From Minutocellus sp. GHC0000111 (taxonomy: Eukaryota), in the NCBI GenBank assembly GCA_977018835.1, contig OZ361260.1:1922001-1986000 (forward strand): 64,000 bases of DNA, given 5' to 3'. A program made the translations under genes and the position numbers. Below the pieces are notes generated by a model, which saw only the letters and a program-made list of their open reading frames with translations, made no database searches and was not told the DNA's origin. Below, piece after piece: positions 48,695 to 59,517 of this stretch. Position 1 is the stretch's first letter. Every line of letters begins with the position of its first letter.

Positions 48695-49087
48695 CTCCCG
48701 TGTTTACTAATGCTGAATATTCAACAAAACTGTGTCAGACTATGACGTCATACAGAAATCAAATTCAGGGGAACATCCGGGGAAAAAGTAAGCCGGCACG
48801 AGCCTCCAGTTCATTCAACAATAGTGAGCTACAAAAATAAGCGTCGTATATTTAACATCTTAAAATCGTATAAGTATGCAACTATAATTGCAGCAGGGAA
48901 GACGTAATTGCTAAAATGGCCCAAGGTCCCCCCAACACAACCAACGAACGACAAAACAGAGGGCACCCGGGCCCACTACGTACCTAGGCCTAGGTACCTA
49001 GGTACATGTAGTAGGCGCCTATCACCAACCATACTACATGTAGCCTACTGAAGGTAGGCCCACACCTTGACTGGTCCAAACGCCACG

Positions 49088-51330
49088 ATGGCTGCGCCCG
49101 AGAGATGTAGCAGATTTTGCCGGCCAGTAGTTCGTGTGCCTCTCTGGGTCAGCATGCTGTGGGCGTTTCTATTTGTCAACACAGTGTGTCGTGTATCATG
49201 CCTCCAACAGCCGTCATCATCCAGATCTCCTCGTTGCGGCAACGGTCCTACTTCATGCACGGGCATCCGCAGCGGTGTGCCGTGCATGTCACATGCGACC
49301 ACTGTACGGGCGTGTCGCGGAACGTTTGAGCGCTCGTGGCGTCGTCAACCACAGATTTTGCCTGCCCAGCGACGATCGGCCCTCTTCAGCAGCTCCCCCG
49401 ATGCCAGCATCGATGGTGACGATGGGAAGAAGGAAAGAGAAGGAGGACGGCGGCGCAGTGGCGGTGGTGGTCGATGGATCAGCAAGCTTAATCCAGTTCC
49501 TCGGATGAAGAAAATTGTGGCCAGCATAATCGCATTTCAAGCTGCGTTCCGAACTCGCTTCGCGGCTCTGCCCCGCAAAGCTAAACTGGTGGTTTTGGCG
49601 CAGCTTCTTGCGCTGGGACTTGTGGTTGGTTCCGTTGGGCGGAAGGTATACGTCAACACCTCGCAGGGACAGGCGGCTGTGGCTGCACGGCCGGTGGAAG
49701 TGCCCTACTCCACATTCATGGACATGGCCGAAATCAGTGGAAAGGGCCACGTCCCTGGTAAAAATCCTGCAATCGTTATCGACAATTTGGTCATCGGAAG
49801 GGATCGGGTTGGATTTCGTCTATCTCAAGACGAGGAGAAGCATCAGGTGGCCCTTCAGGACAAGAAACTAGCGGAAGATGACCCAGCCATCAAGTTCATC
49901 AGCGAGCGGAAAGTTTATGCCATGAAACCACCGGCCAATCAGGATATGATCGATTTCCTCCGCGGAAACGGCATTCCTTTCCGCGCAGCCTCGACAAAGG
50001 GTACCAATGCTGCTGCGACCGTTGCCCGCTCTGCAATCTTTCTAATTTACGTTCTATTCCTTCTGAGAATGTATCGTTCCATGTCAGGTGGTGGTGGCAG
50101 TGGTGATACCCCGGGAAAGCTTGCTCTTTCTATGGACGACGAAACCATTGTCAAGTTTGAAGACATTGAGGGCATCGACAAGGCCAAGTTCGAAGTCATG
50201 GAGTTCGTTGATACTCTGCGCCATCCCCAAAAGTATGCCATTTTGGGCGCAAGACCACCGACGGGGCTGCTCCTTGAGGGTCCTCCAGGTTTGTGATTTT
50301 CTCTTGGTGTTGAATGATTTCTCTCCTGGTGTTGATCAAGGAACTAAAGGAAGTTTTTTCGTGCTATCCTCCATATGCTTGTTCCTAACTTTTCATCTCT
50401 TTCCCTTCACTTAGGTACCGGCAAAACTATGCTTGCACGCGCAACGGCAGCTTCGGCTGGAGGTAGGTTTTGCTGTTTATGTTTCGCGTGCCATTCTAGA
50501 TATGATTCAGCTAGCTAGCTAGCTAGCTAGCTAGCTACGTAGCATTACCGCGCCGTGCCTCACCAATCAATTGTCACATCTATTTGTTGTTTACATGTGC
50601 TTCATGAAAAGTCCCTCTACTCTACTGCTCGGGATCTGACTTTGTTGAAATGTTTGTCGGCCGTGGTGCTGCAAGGGTGCGCAAGACATTTGCTCGAGCG
50701 GCGAAGATGGCCCCATGCATCATATTCATTGATGAGTTGGATGCGTTGGGCAAATCGAGAGCAATGGGAGGTCTCGGCGCCAATCTTCGCAGCAATGATG
50801 AAGCCGAGCAGACTCTCAATCAGCTACTAGCATGCATGGATGGGCTCGACTCATCTCGTGGAGTTTGCGTCTTGGCTGCCACAAATCGTAGAGATATTTT
50901 GGACCCTGCCTTGGTTCGACCTGGACGATTTGATCGCATCATCAAAGTGGAGCTGCCAGATTTGGAGGGCAGAGAGCGGATACTCAGGGTGCATGCCAAG
51001 AAACTGCCTGGATTCACGGAAGGGAAGGGCATCGACGAGAAGAGGCTGGGAAGTCTTGGCAAGGGCAAAGCGGTGGACCTATCGGCTGTTGCTGCTGTGA
51101 CAAATGGTCTTTGTGGCGCCGAGCTGGAATTCGTTGTCAATGAAGCTGCCATTCGCGCCGTTCGGCGTGTAAGCGCTCAACTCAACCAAGGCAAAGAACC
51201 CAAGGCCGTGACTCCTCAAGTGACGGCAGAAGATTTTGAGGCCAGCGTGGCCAATTACTATGCCACAAGAAAACCTGGTGGAGGATCAGGCGGAGTGGGG
51301 CAGTTGTTAATTAATGCACTAACAAAGTAG
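49088..51330 (+). CDS. FtsH-like membrane AAA+ ATPase lacking the M41 protease domain
   Basis: Two TM segments, VPYSTF, Walker A GPPG|TGKT across intron 50289-50414, intron 50463-50611, [30 protein letters not shown]. Stops soon after the AAA lid; no HExxH. Confidence 0.85.
50509..50536. repeat. (AGCT)n microsatellite in FtsH intron 2
   Basis: About seven AGCT units read directly. Confidence 0.9.
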
Positions 51331-51683
51331 ATTCTACATGTAGGAACGTTCCTAGATCTGGTAAATCTTGAAACACTGGCTATCCATGTACCGGTATCGG
51401 CACAATTCGTCGATGTTAAAAAACATTTTTTATGTACCGGTAGATTTTGCAGATTTTATTCATGCATGTACCGTTAGGTACCGACTACATGTACATGTAG
51501 TAGATCTAGATCTATACATCTCTATCTAGTAGAGCTACCGGTACCTAGCTAGTTACTAGTAGCTAGCTACCGTACATGTACATGTGTAGGTACCGGTAGC
51601 GGTAGCTCTCTCTAGCTACGACCTCGTAGCTGCTGCTAGAGAATAGATCTAGATCCAATTGACACCATGCAATGAATCTCCTA

Positions 51684-52324
51684 CAGTCAGTTCTCACCTA
51701 TAAGCACATTCCTTGTGCTTAGCTGAGGGCTGAGATTTAGTGCATCGACAAGCAAACTCCAGGGCCGAGCTCAAATTTGTGCCTACACGCATTTTAATCG
51801 CTGTTTCAGGATGGGAGCATCACTAAGCCTCTTGGTGTAACATTTTGGAGAGGTTGGGTGGGTGTTATCAGTCGAAAGGAGACCTTTACATCTTCTGTTG
51901 ATTGAGAGAGATGCCAGTGACAACACTAGCCTTCTCTGGGTGCAGCTTAAAGCGGGGGACCGGCCTCTAGATCTAGCCTGCCTTTTTAGCTCATCAAGCA
52001 TGTTTTAATTTAGCATCTGCCACGTCATCGTGCAACAAGCAAATTGCTTACCGACCGGTAGTCAGGGCTCGAATGTTGGGTAATCACAAGCACATTCAGG
52101 GCTGGAGCAAAAAACTTTTGTGCTTGTGCCTATTACTACGAGCAATTCCAAGGCGGCTGCTACAGGAGCGGCCCTGAACATCATTACGAATAAGAAAGAC
52201 GAAGTTTCTGCAGCGGTGAATTGCCTTGGCTCTGTTGATCTTGCCCTCAAGATGACAATTTGATAAACGTTTTACGTAGCTTCTATTTTATGTAACACAT
52301 GTAGAACTAGGTGAGAACTGACTG
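51684..52324. mobile_element. Non-autonomous pogo/Tc1-mariner-like element (MITE, 641 bp)
   Basis: 17-bp perfect TIR CAGTCAGTTCTCACCTA (51684-51700 / 52308-52324); TA on the left, TG on the right. Confidence 0.7.
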
Positions 52325-52776
52325 TGTGTGGTGTATGTAGGATGCTCTACATGTTGCAATGCACATGCACTGCACTGTAGGTAGTAGATCTACGAGGTCT
52401 TGCACCAGCACCGGTAGACATATTTACCTAGCTACTGTCGACAGTAGTAGCTAGTAGCTAGGTACAGCCCTGTACTAGCCAAACTAGTTTCCGAGTTTTT
52501 GTGGGGGGGGGGGGGTCATACATGCTAGCTACGTAGGTAGAGACTACCGGTAGGAAGCAAGCCAACACGCCGCCATGGCTGCCTTCTGTTGTTTTTCATA
52601 CATGTAAGTGTACCTAGGTAGGCCTACCTAGGTACGAGTAGCAGTGTAACCAACCTGCGGGAGGGCTCATAACCTCAATTTCTCAAACTGCGCCAAATTC
52701 CATGCCATTGCACGCCCGGCATCAGCGTTGTAGCAAGCTGGACTCGACTCTTCGTCGACAAGCATAAAATATTATC

Positions 52777-55583
52777 ATGTCCAAGGAAGGAGTCGAAGCG
52801 GTGACAGATGCCATGAAGGCCCAGGAGCTGGAGGAGGGCCCGGCCGCCGCCAAGTATGATAGATGGAACCTCCGACCTGAATCGGAGGTAGACTACGGCC
52901 TCTTTGGTGCTAAGGGCGAGTACAACCGGTCTTCCAATGGGGGTTATTACATCACCACGGCCATCAACTACACAAATGGCCCGGCCCATATGGGCCATGC
53001 GTATGAGGCGGCGACGGCCGACACACTCGCTAGATACGCACGCGTTCGCGGTGGGCGGGATGGCGGGGTGCAATTCGTTACCGGTACCGATGAGCACGGC
53101 GAAAAGATTGCCAAGACCGCTGCCGAGAACGGTTCCAAGCCGATTGAATTGTGTGACAAGGTAAGAAAGAGACGAGTTAAGGTTGCTTACTTCTTCGTTT
53201 GTATGTATCGATTTCATATGCAGCCGCTCCCTGCATCTCTCGCATGTGTATTTACTTCTAGTAGATCTACTGATTTACTAATTGCATTAAAAAAATTCTT
53301 TCTCTGCTCTGCTCTCTTGGAAGTACGTATCTGGGTTCCAGTGCCTCAATCAGCGCATTTTGATCTCTAATGACGACTACATTCGCACCACATCCGAGCG
53401 CCACATGCGCACTGCTCAGGCCCTATGGAAGCGGTGCGCGGAGGCTGGTGATATTTACTTGGATTCGTACAGTGGCTGGTACAACGTGAGAGAGGAGACA
53501 TTTGTCACCGATTCCGATGCTCAGCTAGCTGATTTCAAGGATCCGGTCAGTGGCAAGCCATTGAAAAAGGTCGAGGAAGCCAGCTACTTCTTCAAAATGT
53601 CCAACTTTCACGATCGTCTCGTTCAGCACATCAAGGACAATCCGGAGTTCATCCGTCCTGAGCAGCATCGCAACCAGATCCTCGCGAGGCTGTCCGATGA
53701 TCGGCTGCGCGATCTTTCGATTTCTCGAACGAGCTTTGACTGGGGAATTCCCGTTCCTGAAGGCTTTGATGACAAACATGTCATGTACGTGTGGTTCGAT
53801 GCACTCTCAAACTATTTGACTGGCGTGGATGCTCTCGGTGCCAACGAACCAGATGCTGGACCGAATGTCGATCTGGCCAAGTACTGGCCTGCGGATGTTC
53901 ACATCATTGGAAAGGATATTCTTTGGTTCCACACTGTGATCTGGCCTACCATTCTCATGTCAGCCGGACTGCCACTGCCCAAGACAGTATTTGCCCACGG
54001 ATTTGTCAATGACAAGGAGGGTAAGAAGATGTCAAAGAGTCTCGGCAACGTCGTCGATCCCCACGACATGTTGGATAAGTATCCCGTCGACATTTTCAGA
54101 TGGTAAGTACTGCTTCTGATTCATCCCCACGGCGCTATCTAGTCTAGGTTGTTCGGTGATGTGGTTGGCTCTTTGCATATCACTGTTTACTAATCGCTCG
54201 CCCTTGTCCTTGCCCTTGTTCATCAAACAATAATTCTGGATTTTCGCCCTGATCCGAAATAAATTTCGAAGGTATCTCTGTAAGGAGGCTCCGTATGGCG
54301 GTGAGCTCTCCTTCAGTGAGGACTCACTTCGTGATATGCACAATGCTGATTTATGCGATACTCTCGGAAATCTTGTCCATCGCGGAACTAATCTATGTAA
54401 GAAATACTGCGGCGGTATTATCCCTGATGTCCCTGCACCGCCCTCTCCTCCGATGGACTTTGTCAAGGTCAGAGAGTCTTATCAGGCCAAGATGGACAAC
54501 TTCGAACTGGAAGGTGGTGCCGCTATTGCCATGCAAGCCTTCCGCGATGTTAATGGCTACTTGACAGAAGAGGCGCCATGGCTCAAGAAGGGTGATGAAT
54601 TTGAGGAAGAACGCAAGATTGTTGTCCGCGCGACGCTTGAGGCAATATACGCCCTGTCGCATCTTCTCCTTCCCTTCATCCCTGCTGGAGCGACCAAAAT
54701 CTTTCAGAAGCTCAATACTTCCCCGAAGTCGATTGCCGACATCAGTACCGACCTGCGAAATCTTGAGACTGGAGCCAAGGTCGAGATTGGTGATGTTCTC
54801 TTCAAGAAGGTATGTTTTCATGCACCCGCTTCTACCTTTCTTCTTACAGCATTGGATTTCATTACAAATCTCATTACATTTTGAATCTTTTATCTACATC
54901 ATTCCTTGTAATATGTACTGGCTATCCATCGATCCACGTCTCCTTAGATCATGTCGGACGAGGAGCTTAGTGCCGCGGATGTCAAGAAGAAGAAAAACGA
55001 AGATTATGCAGAAGCTCAGAGGCGTAAGAAGGAGAAAAAGGCCGCCCAGAACGCCAAGAGCAAGGAGGCCGGTGGTGACCAACCGGATTTCACAAAGGTT
55101 GACATTCGTGTCGGAAAGATCACGAAAGTATGGCACCACCCCGAGGCCGACAAGCTGTTCTGCGAGGAGATCGATATCGGCGAAGAGGGTGGACCGAGGC
55201 AGATCGCTTCTGGACTTCGCGCGAATTATGAGCTCAGTGATATGCAAGACAAAATGGTCCTCGTTGTCTGCAATCTCAAGGCATCCAAAATGGTGGGCTT
55301 CGAAAGCCAAGGCATGGTCCTCGCAGCAAAGAGCGAAGATGGTACAAAGGTAGAACTTGTTACACCGCCAGAGGATGCTGCCATTGGAGAACGGGTCTAC
55401 ATCGAAGGTTTGAGCGGCGATCCCTTCTCATCGACACAGATGAAGAAGAAAAAAGTATGGGATAAAGTTGCCAAGAACCTCAAGACTGGGGAAGGCGGTG
55501 TTGCCACATGGGATGGAAAGGAAATCAAAACAGCGGCAGGTATCTGTTCCGCTGCTACTCTTGTCGGGGCTCCTATTTCATGA
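52777..55583 (+). CDS. MARS: Methionyl-tRNA synthetase with C-terminal EMAPII/Trbp111-like tRNA-binding domain
   Basis: YITTAINYTNGPAHMGHAYE, GTDEHG, YVWFDAL, GKDILWFH, KMSKSLGN, HPEADKL...SQGMVL. Introns 53161-53323, ~54103-54271, 54810-54948. Confidence 0.95.
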
Positions 55584-56052
55584 GAAGTGGGACCTTGGCC
55601 GAGGCGACAGATACGCTACCGGTACTCTATGAGTACTGAGATGAATGAAAGCAAACAACGAGCGATAATAACAAGGCTTCCGAGGAGGATACCTAGCTAC
55701 GTACGTAGCTACGTACCAGATGGGCCTACGTGGTTGGTATCTTTGCAGTATGAACTCTCTAGCTAGTAGTCGATGGTAAGCTGGTGATAAAAAAGTAAAA
55801 GAACAAAATCTTATGATTTTTCGTAATTCTATGTATGTAATCCATCACCGCTGACACTTTATCCTAACTATAAAACAGAGAGTACTAGTAGTAAGGCTCC
55901 TCGTGTGTTGTTGTTGTTCCGAAAATGCGGCGAAATTATGAGAATAAGCGTTCCCCTGCACTTTTCTCTTGCAAAATTGTGATGCGCGCTATGGCTTGAG
56001 GATAAGAGGCATGGACTATTAATTGCGTCTCTTCTCAGTACCCTTCTTCACT

Positions 56053-58620
56053 TTACATATTAAAAGCGCCACAGAGAGGAGGCAAAAAGCTACAGCCCCA
56101 GCTTGGCTCTCCATCAAGATTGACGGGAGTCTCCGTACCAACACGTGGGCTCGAGGGACGAACGCTATTCCGCCCACTGGCAACTCGCTCACCCTCCATT
56201 TTGGCCTGTTGGAGACTTTCTCTCACAGAGACATTCGGGAAGGCACCGCCATGAAGGGAGGGCATGGGAGGTGCACCTTCGGGAGAAGCACGTGGATTAG
56301 AACCACCGGTGGACTTTTTAGTTGAGCCAGCAGTATTCTTTTCCTCGACACCATGATTCGAGATGGGAGAAACGTCGGAAACGTCGGATCCATTCATCCT
56401 TAGTGCATCCCTCCCAGGATCTTCCACCATAGGCATATCCGCAAAGTCGGCATCCATCAGCCCGGCATGCTCGAGAAGCTCGGTGACCGAACCACCCGTC
56501 ATGCTGAGGGTGGAGAGTGATCCACCTGTGTTCCGACGGTCTCTCATCGGAGATAGGTCAAGGTCGTCCATTCCACTGGGCATTTCACTCGACATATCGT
56601 GGGAAAGTGAAACATTGGTGGGACCCGTAAGATCGCCCTCCCCCTCGGATTTGGTTTTGGCTCTCAACTTGTTGCTGCTACCACCAGTGGTACTGGGAGG
56701 AGTTATTGTTGATGACTTGCCAGCAGGGACCGTTGAGTTGCTATGCAAACCAGTAGCATTACTTGCCGTGCGATCACGGCCATCACTGCTTCTGCTAACA
56801 ACAGGACTGTCGCCCATGGGCTCGGTATGAGCCAAGCACTTATTGACCCAGTCATTGGTAGCCTTCTGATCCGACGAATCTGGGCGGACCCGGTACAGCT
56901 GGAGCCATTCTCGCTCCTTGCGGCTGAGACGCATGATGCTGTATTCGGGTTCAGGAGGGTCGAAGACATCTCCGGATTCGGGATGGGGCGAGGCGCCAGC
57001 GCTGCTGCCACCGCCATTGTTACTGCCATGGTTGGGCGGCAAGCCACGGAAGGCACCGGCAGCATTCCTGGGAGGCTCGTACTCCGACGGATGGGGAGAG
57101 TGGTACGGTGGGCCGCCTGGATGATGGCCACCTGGGTGTGATGGGCCCATACCAGGGGAGAAGGAGGCACCGTGAGGAGGGATGTGATGCATTTGATGAT
57201 GATGCGGTCCCTGGGGACTACTGTAGGCCGGATAGCCGTAGGGACTCGCCAGACCAAGACGGGCGGCAGCATCTCGGCCATTCGAGTCGACGCCAGGATG
57301 GTAGTGCGGAGGCTGCTGTCCGTCCAAGGCATGAGGAGGCCAGGACATGGCATGGTTGATGGGAGGGCCGCCGTGGTAAGGCGGGTGGCCGTAGCTGCCG
57401 TTCTCCCGATCCAGGTCGGAATCACGGGGCGGTGTCGTCCCAGCCTCGCGAGGGCGCTTGTACTGTGAACCGCCCAAAGCTGACGACTTAGAGGTAGGAG
57501 CCGAGGGACCGGGACGCATATCTGATTCCGAGTTGGACTTTTTGATATTACTATTGGCCTTCTTGGTACCTCCTGTTCCTGCAGCACCGCCCTTTCCGTT
57601 CTTGCCGGTGGTATTCTTGGCGGCAGTGCCCTCGGCATCCTTCTTGGAGGTCGTTCCAGCAGCAGAACCAGAAGCAGCGACAGTACTACTAGTAGCAGCA
57701 GAGGCCGAGGAAGGTGACGACGCCATCGCGGTGGCTGCCCTTTCGTCCATGAGGTCGTCGTCGTCATCGTCGTCCGTCCTGGGACTGCGAGCAGCCGCAC
57801 TGACCAATCCATGGCTGTGACGCTTGAGGAAATTGCGCTTGGCGACGGGGAGGTCGCACACGGCACAGAATCGGAATCGCTTCCCGGACTGGCGACATTC
57901 GGGATGGCTGCAGGCCAAGACGAGGCCATGCTGAGCGCTCGGTGGGATGGTAAGGTACGCAGTATCGGACGTGTGGCCCTCGGGGACCGAGCGAGCCTTG
58001 CAGGGCATGCGACGCCACGTCGGCGGACCCAGGGGAGGTTCTCCCGTGGCCCTGGCCCTGGCGATCCTGGCGGATGCGTCGGGCGTTACCTTGGCACTGC
58101 CAGCCGATCCGGGCATGGGATGAGCCGGCGGCGGGGAGGGAGTATTCATCCCGCGGGGAGAGGCTCCAGGAGACGTCGAGTGGGGTGGCATGGGGTGCAT
58201 TCCGGGATGAGGGGGCATGCCGTGCGGCGGCGGCGGGCCGTAAGGGGGCATGCCCCGGTGAGGAGGCGGAGGGCCACCAGAGGAGTAGCCATTGAGCGAC
58301 ATGGACGACGCCGACGCTGCCGAGGCGGGTGAGCCGGGCATCGAATTGGGCCGAGATCCTCCGTTGGAACTCGGCGGGCTGCGAGGCCCGGGAGGGGGAC
58401 CAGGCGGCATGCCACGATGGGCCGGATGGCCCGGAGGAGGTGGCATGCCAGGATGAGGGGGAGGATGATGGGCGGCACCGGGATGGGACGGCATCGAACG
58501 CGGAGGCGACGGGGCATAGGGCCCTCCCGGCGGAGAAGGTGCGCCGGGGGGCAGACGCATCATGGGGCGGCCATGAGGGCGCGACGTCGGAGGCGTCGCC
58601 GGTGGCGGTGGAGTTTCCAT
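56053..58620 (-). CDS. Pro/His-rich low-complexity protein with a Cys/His putative zinc-binding domain (possible transcription regulator)
   Basis: Single long ORF with CKAR...HGLVLACSHPEC...FRFCAVCDLPVAKRNFLKRHSH, a motif I associate with diatom proteins. Confidence 0.75.
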   Translation of the reverse strand: METPPPPATPPTSRPHGRPMMRLPPGAPSPPGGPYAPSPPRSMPSHPGAAHHPPPHPGMPPPPGHPAHRGMPPGPPPGPRSPPSSNGGSRPNSMPGSPASAASASSMSLNGYSSGGPPPPHRGMPPYGPPPPHGMPPHPGMHPMPPHSTSPGASPRGMNTPSPPPAHPMPGSAGSAKVTPDASARIARARATGEPPLGPPTWRRMPCKARSVPEGHTSDTAYLTIPPSAQHGLVLACSHPECRQSGKRFRFCAVCDLPVAKRNFLKRHSHGLVSAAARSPRTDDDDDDDLMDERAATAMASSPSSASAATSSTVAASGSAAGTTSKKDAEGTAAKNTTGKNGKGGAAGTGGTKKANSNIKKSNSESDMRPGPSAPTSKSSALGGSQYKRPREAGTTPPRDSDLDRENGSYGHPPYHGGPPINHAMSWPPHALDGQQPPHYHPGVDSNGRDAAARLGLASPYGYPAYSSPQGPHHHQMHHIPPHGASFSPGMGPSHPGGHHPGGPPYHSPHPSEYEPPRNAAGAFRGLPPNHGSNNGGGSSAGASPHPESGDVFDPPEPEYSIMRLSRKEREWLQLYRVRPDSSDQKATNDWVNKCLAHTEPMGDSPVVSRSSDGRDRTASNATGLHSNSTVPAGKSSTITPPSTTGGSSNKLRAKTKSEGEGDLTGPTNVSLSHDMSSEMPSGMDDLDLSPMRDRRNTGGSLSTLSMTGGSVTELLEHAGLMDADFADMPMVEDPGRDALRMNGSDVSDVSPISNHGVEEKNTAGSTKKSTGGSNPRASPEGAPPMPSLHGGAFPNVSVRESLQQAKMEGERVASGRNSVRPSSPRVGTETPVNLDGEPSWGCSFLPPLCGAFNM

Positions 58621-59517
58621 TATGTTTGCAATATTGCCGCTTTTCGGAAGCAAAAAGTTCTCTTCTTTGTTCTTTCTCGATCGATGAGCGTTGCCTCTTT
58701 CTTCTTGGCGTGTTTTTTGTTCTCAACGCGGACGGCACAACAAGATATCCCCGTGTAGATGAAACGTCCTTTCTTGCCAATTGGCCAGAGATGGAGAGAT
58801 GAGAGCTTTACCCGACCAAACAAGTTCGGGAAACGATTCGATTCAAAAAAGCTTCCGACACTTGATCTGAATAAGCGAGCCTTGGGTCTTGTCGCTCTGG
58901 AAAAAGAGCACGTAGTAATGATACGGAGGAACGGAGAGCGATGTGAATTGAATTTCCCGCTAATGGAATGCAAGGCGTCTGAGGCAGAGGTGCGTTGACC
59001 AGCTCAAATGGCAGAGACCCAAGCGCTTGCCACCCAAAAGCAGTTCGAACTCGACTGGTTTAGACGATCCGCGTGAAGTGTCGGAAAATGAGGGTGGCGG
59101 ATTGCGGGGCGACCAACAGAAGGGACTTGAATATTTCGGTGCTGTGTCTGTATAACTTTTTAGAGAGGCGAGGCGGGCTCGAGTACTTGAATACTTACAG
59201 AGAGAAGAAAGAGAAAAAGAGGCAAAAGAGGCAAGGACCACCGCACGCACTGCGTGCTCCCGGACGGACGGACCGCAGAACAGAATACCGGTACCACAAG
59301 CAATTGCAATTGCAGTACCTAGCTAGTAGAGGTACACCCAGTCAAGATGGACTCCCGTACTAGTAGAGGATACGCAGACAGCGGGAGGGCTGGTGCTTCG
59401 AGAGCTACTACAAGCAGAGGTGATTCGATCCATTTCGATTCTTCAAATACTCGCACAGAGGAACCAGTGGTTCGCATTCGCGAGCGCACGTGGTAGCAGC
59501 ACTGCCTTCTTCTCTTT

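Larger units (their letters stand above)
34036..48726. promoter_or_regulatory. Dispersed 16-bp palindrome TGTTGAATATTCAACA, 10 copies
   Basis: Copies start at 34036, 35116, 36843, 39721, 39778, 41241, 43103, 45318, 46699, 48711 (0-2 mismatches), all non-coding. Copy A positions: 840, 897, 2360, 4222, 6437, 7818, 9830. Regulatory role is inferred. Confidence 0.8.
33826..48974 (+). mobile_element. Helitron2/HLE2-like element, copy B, apparently full length (~15.1 kb); left end uncertain
   Basis: RepHel gene of HLE2 type. Short inverted repeat GGCCCAGGTGCCCT (33826-33839) / AGGGCACCCGGGCC (48960-48973). Matching subterminal motifs at 34028-34085 and 48703-48752. No TSD seen. Confidence 0.8.

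Noticed and set aside
34036..48726. Recurring palindrome as a CRISPR-like array
   Set aside because: Copies are kilobases apart, only 16 bp, with genes between them; no spacers and no cas genes.
56363..58802. Multiple overlapping long ORFs around the Pro-rich gene
   Set aside because: GC-rich shadow frames of a single gene.
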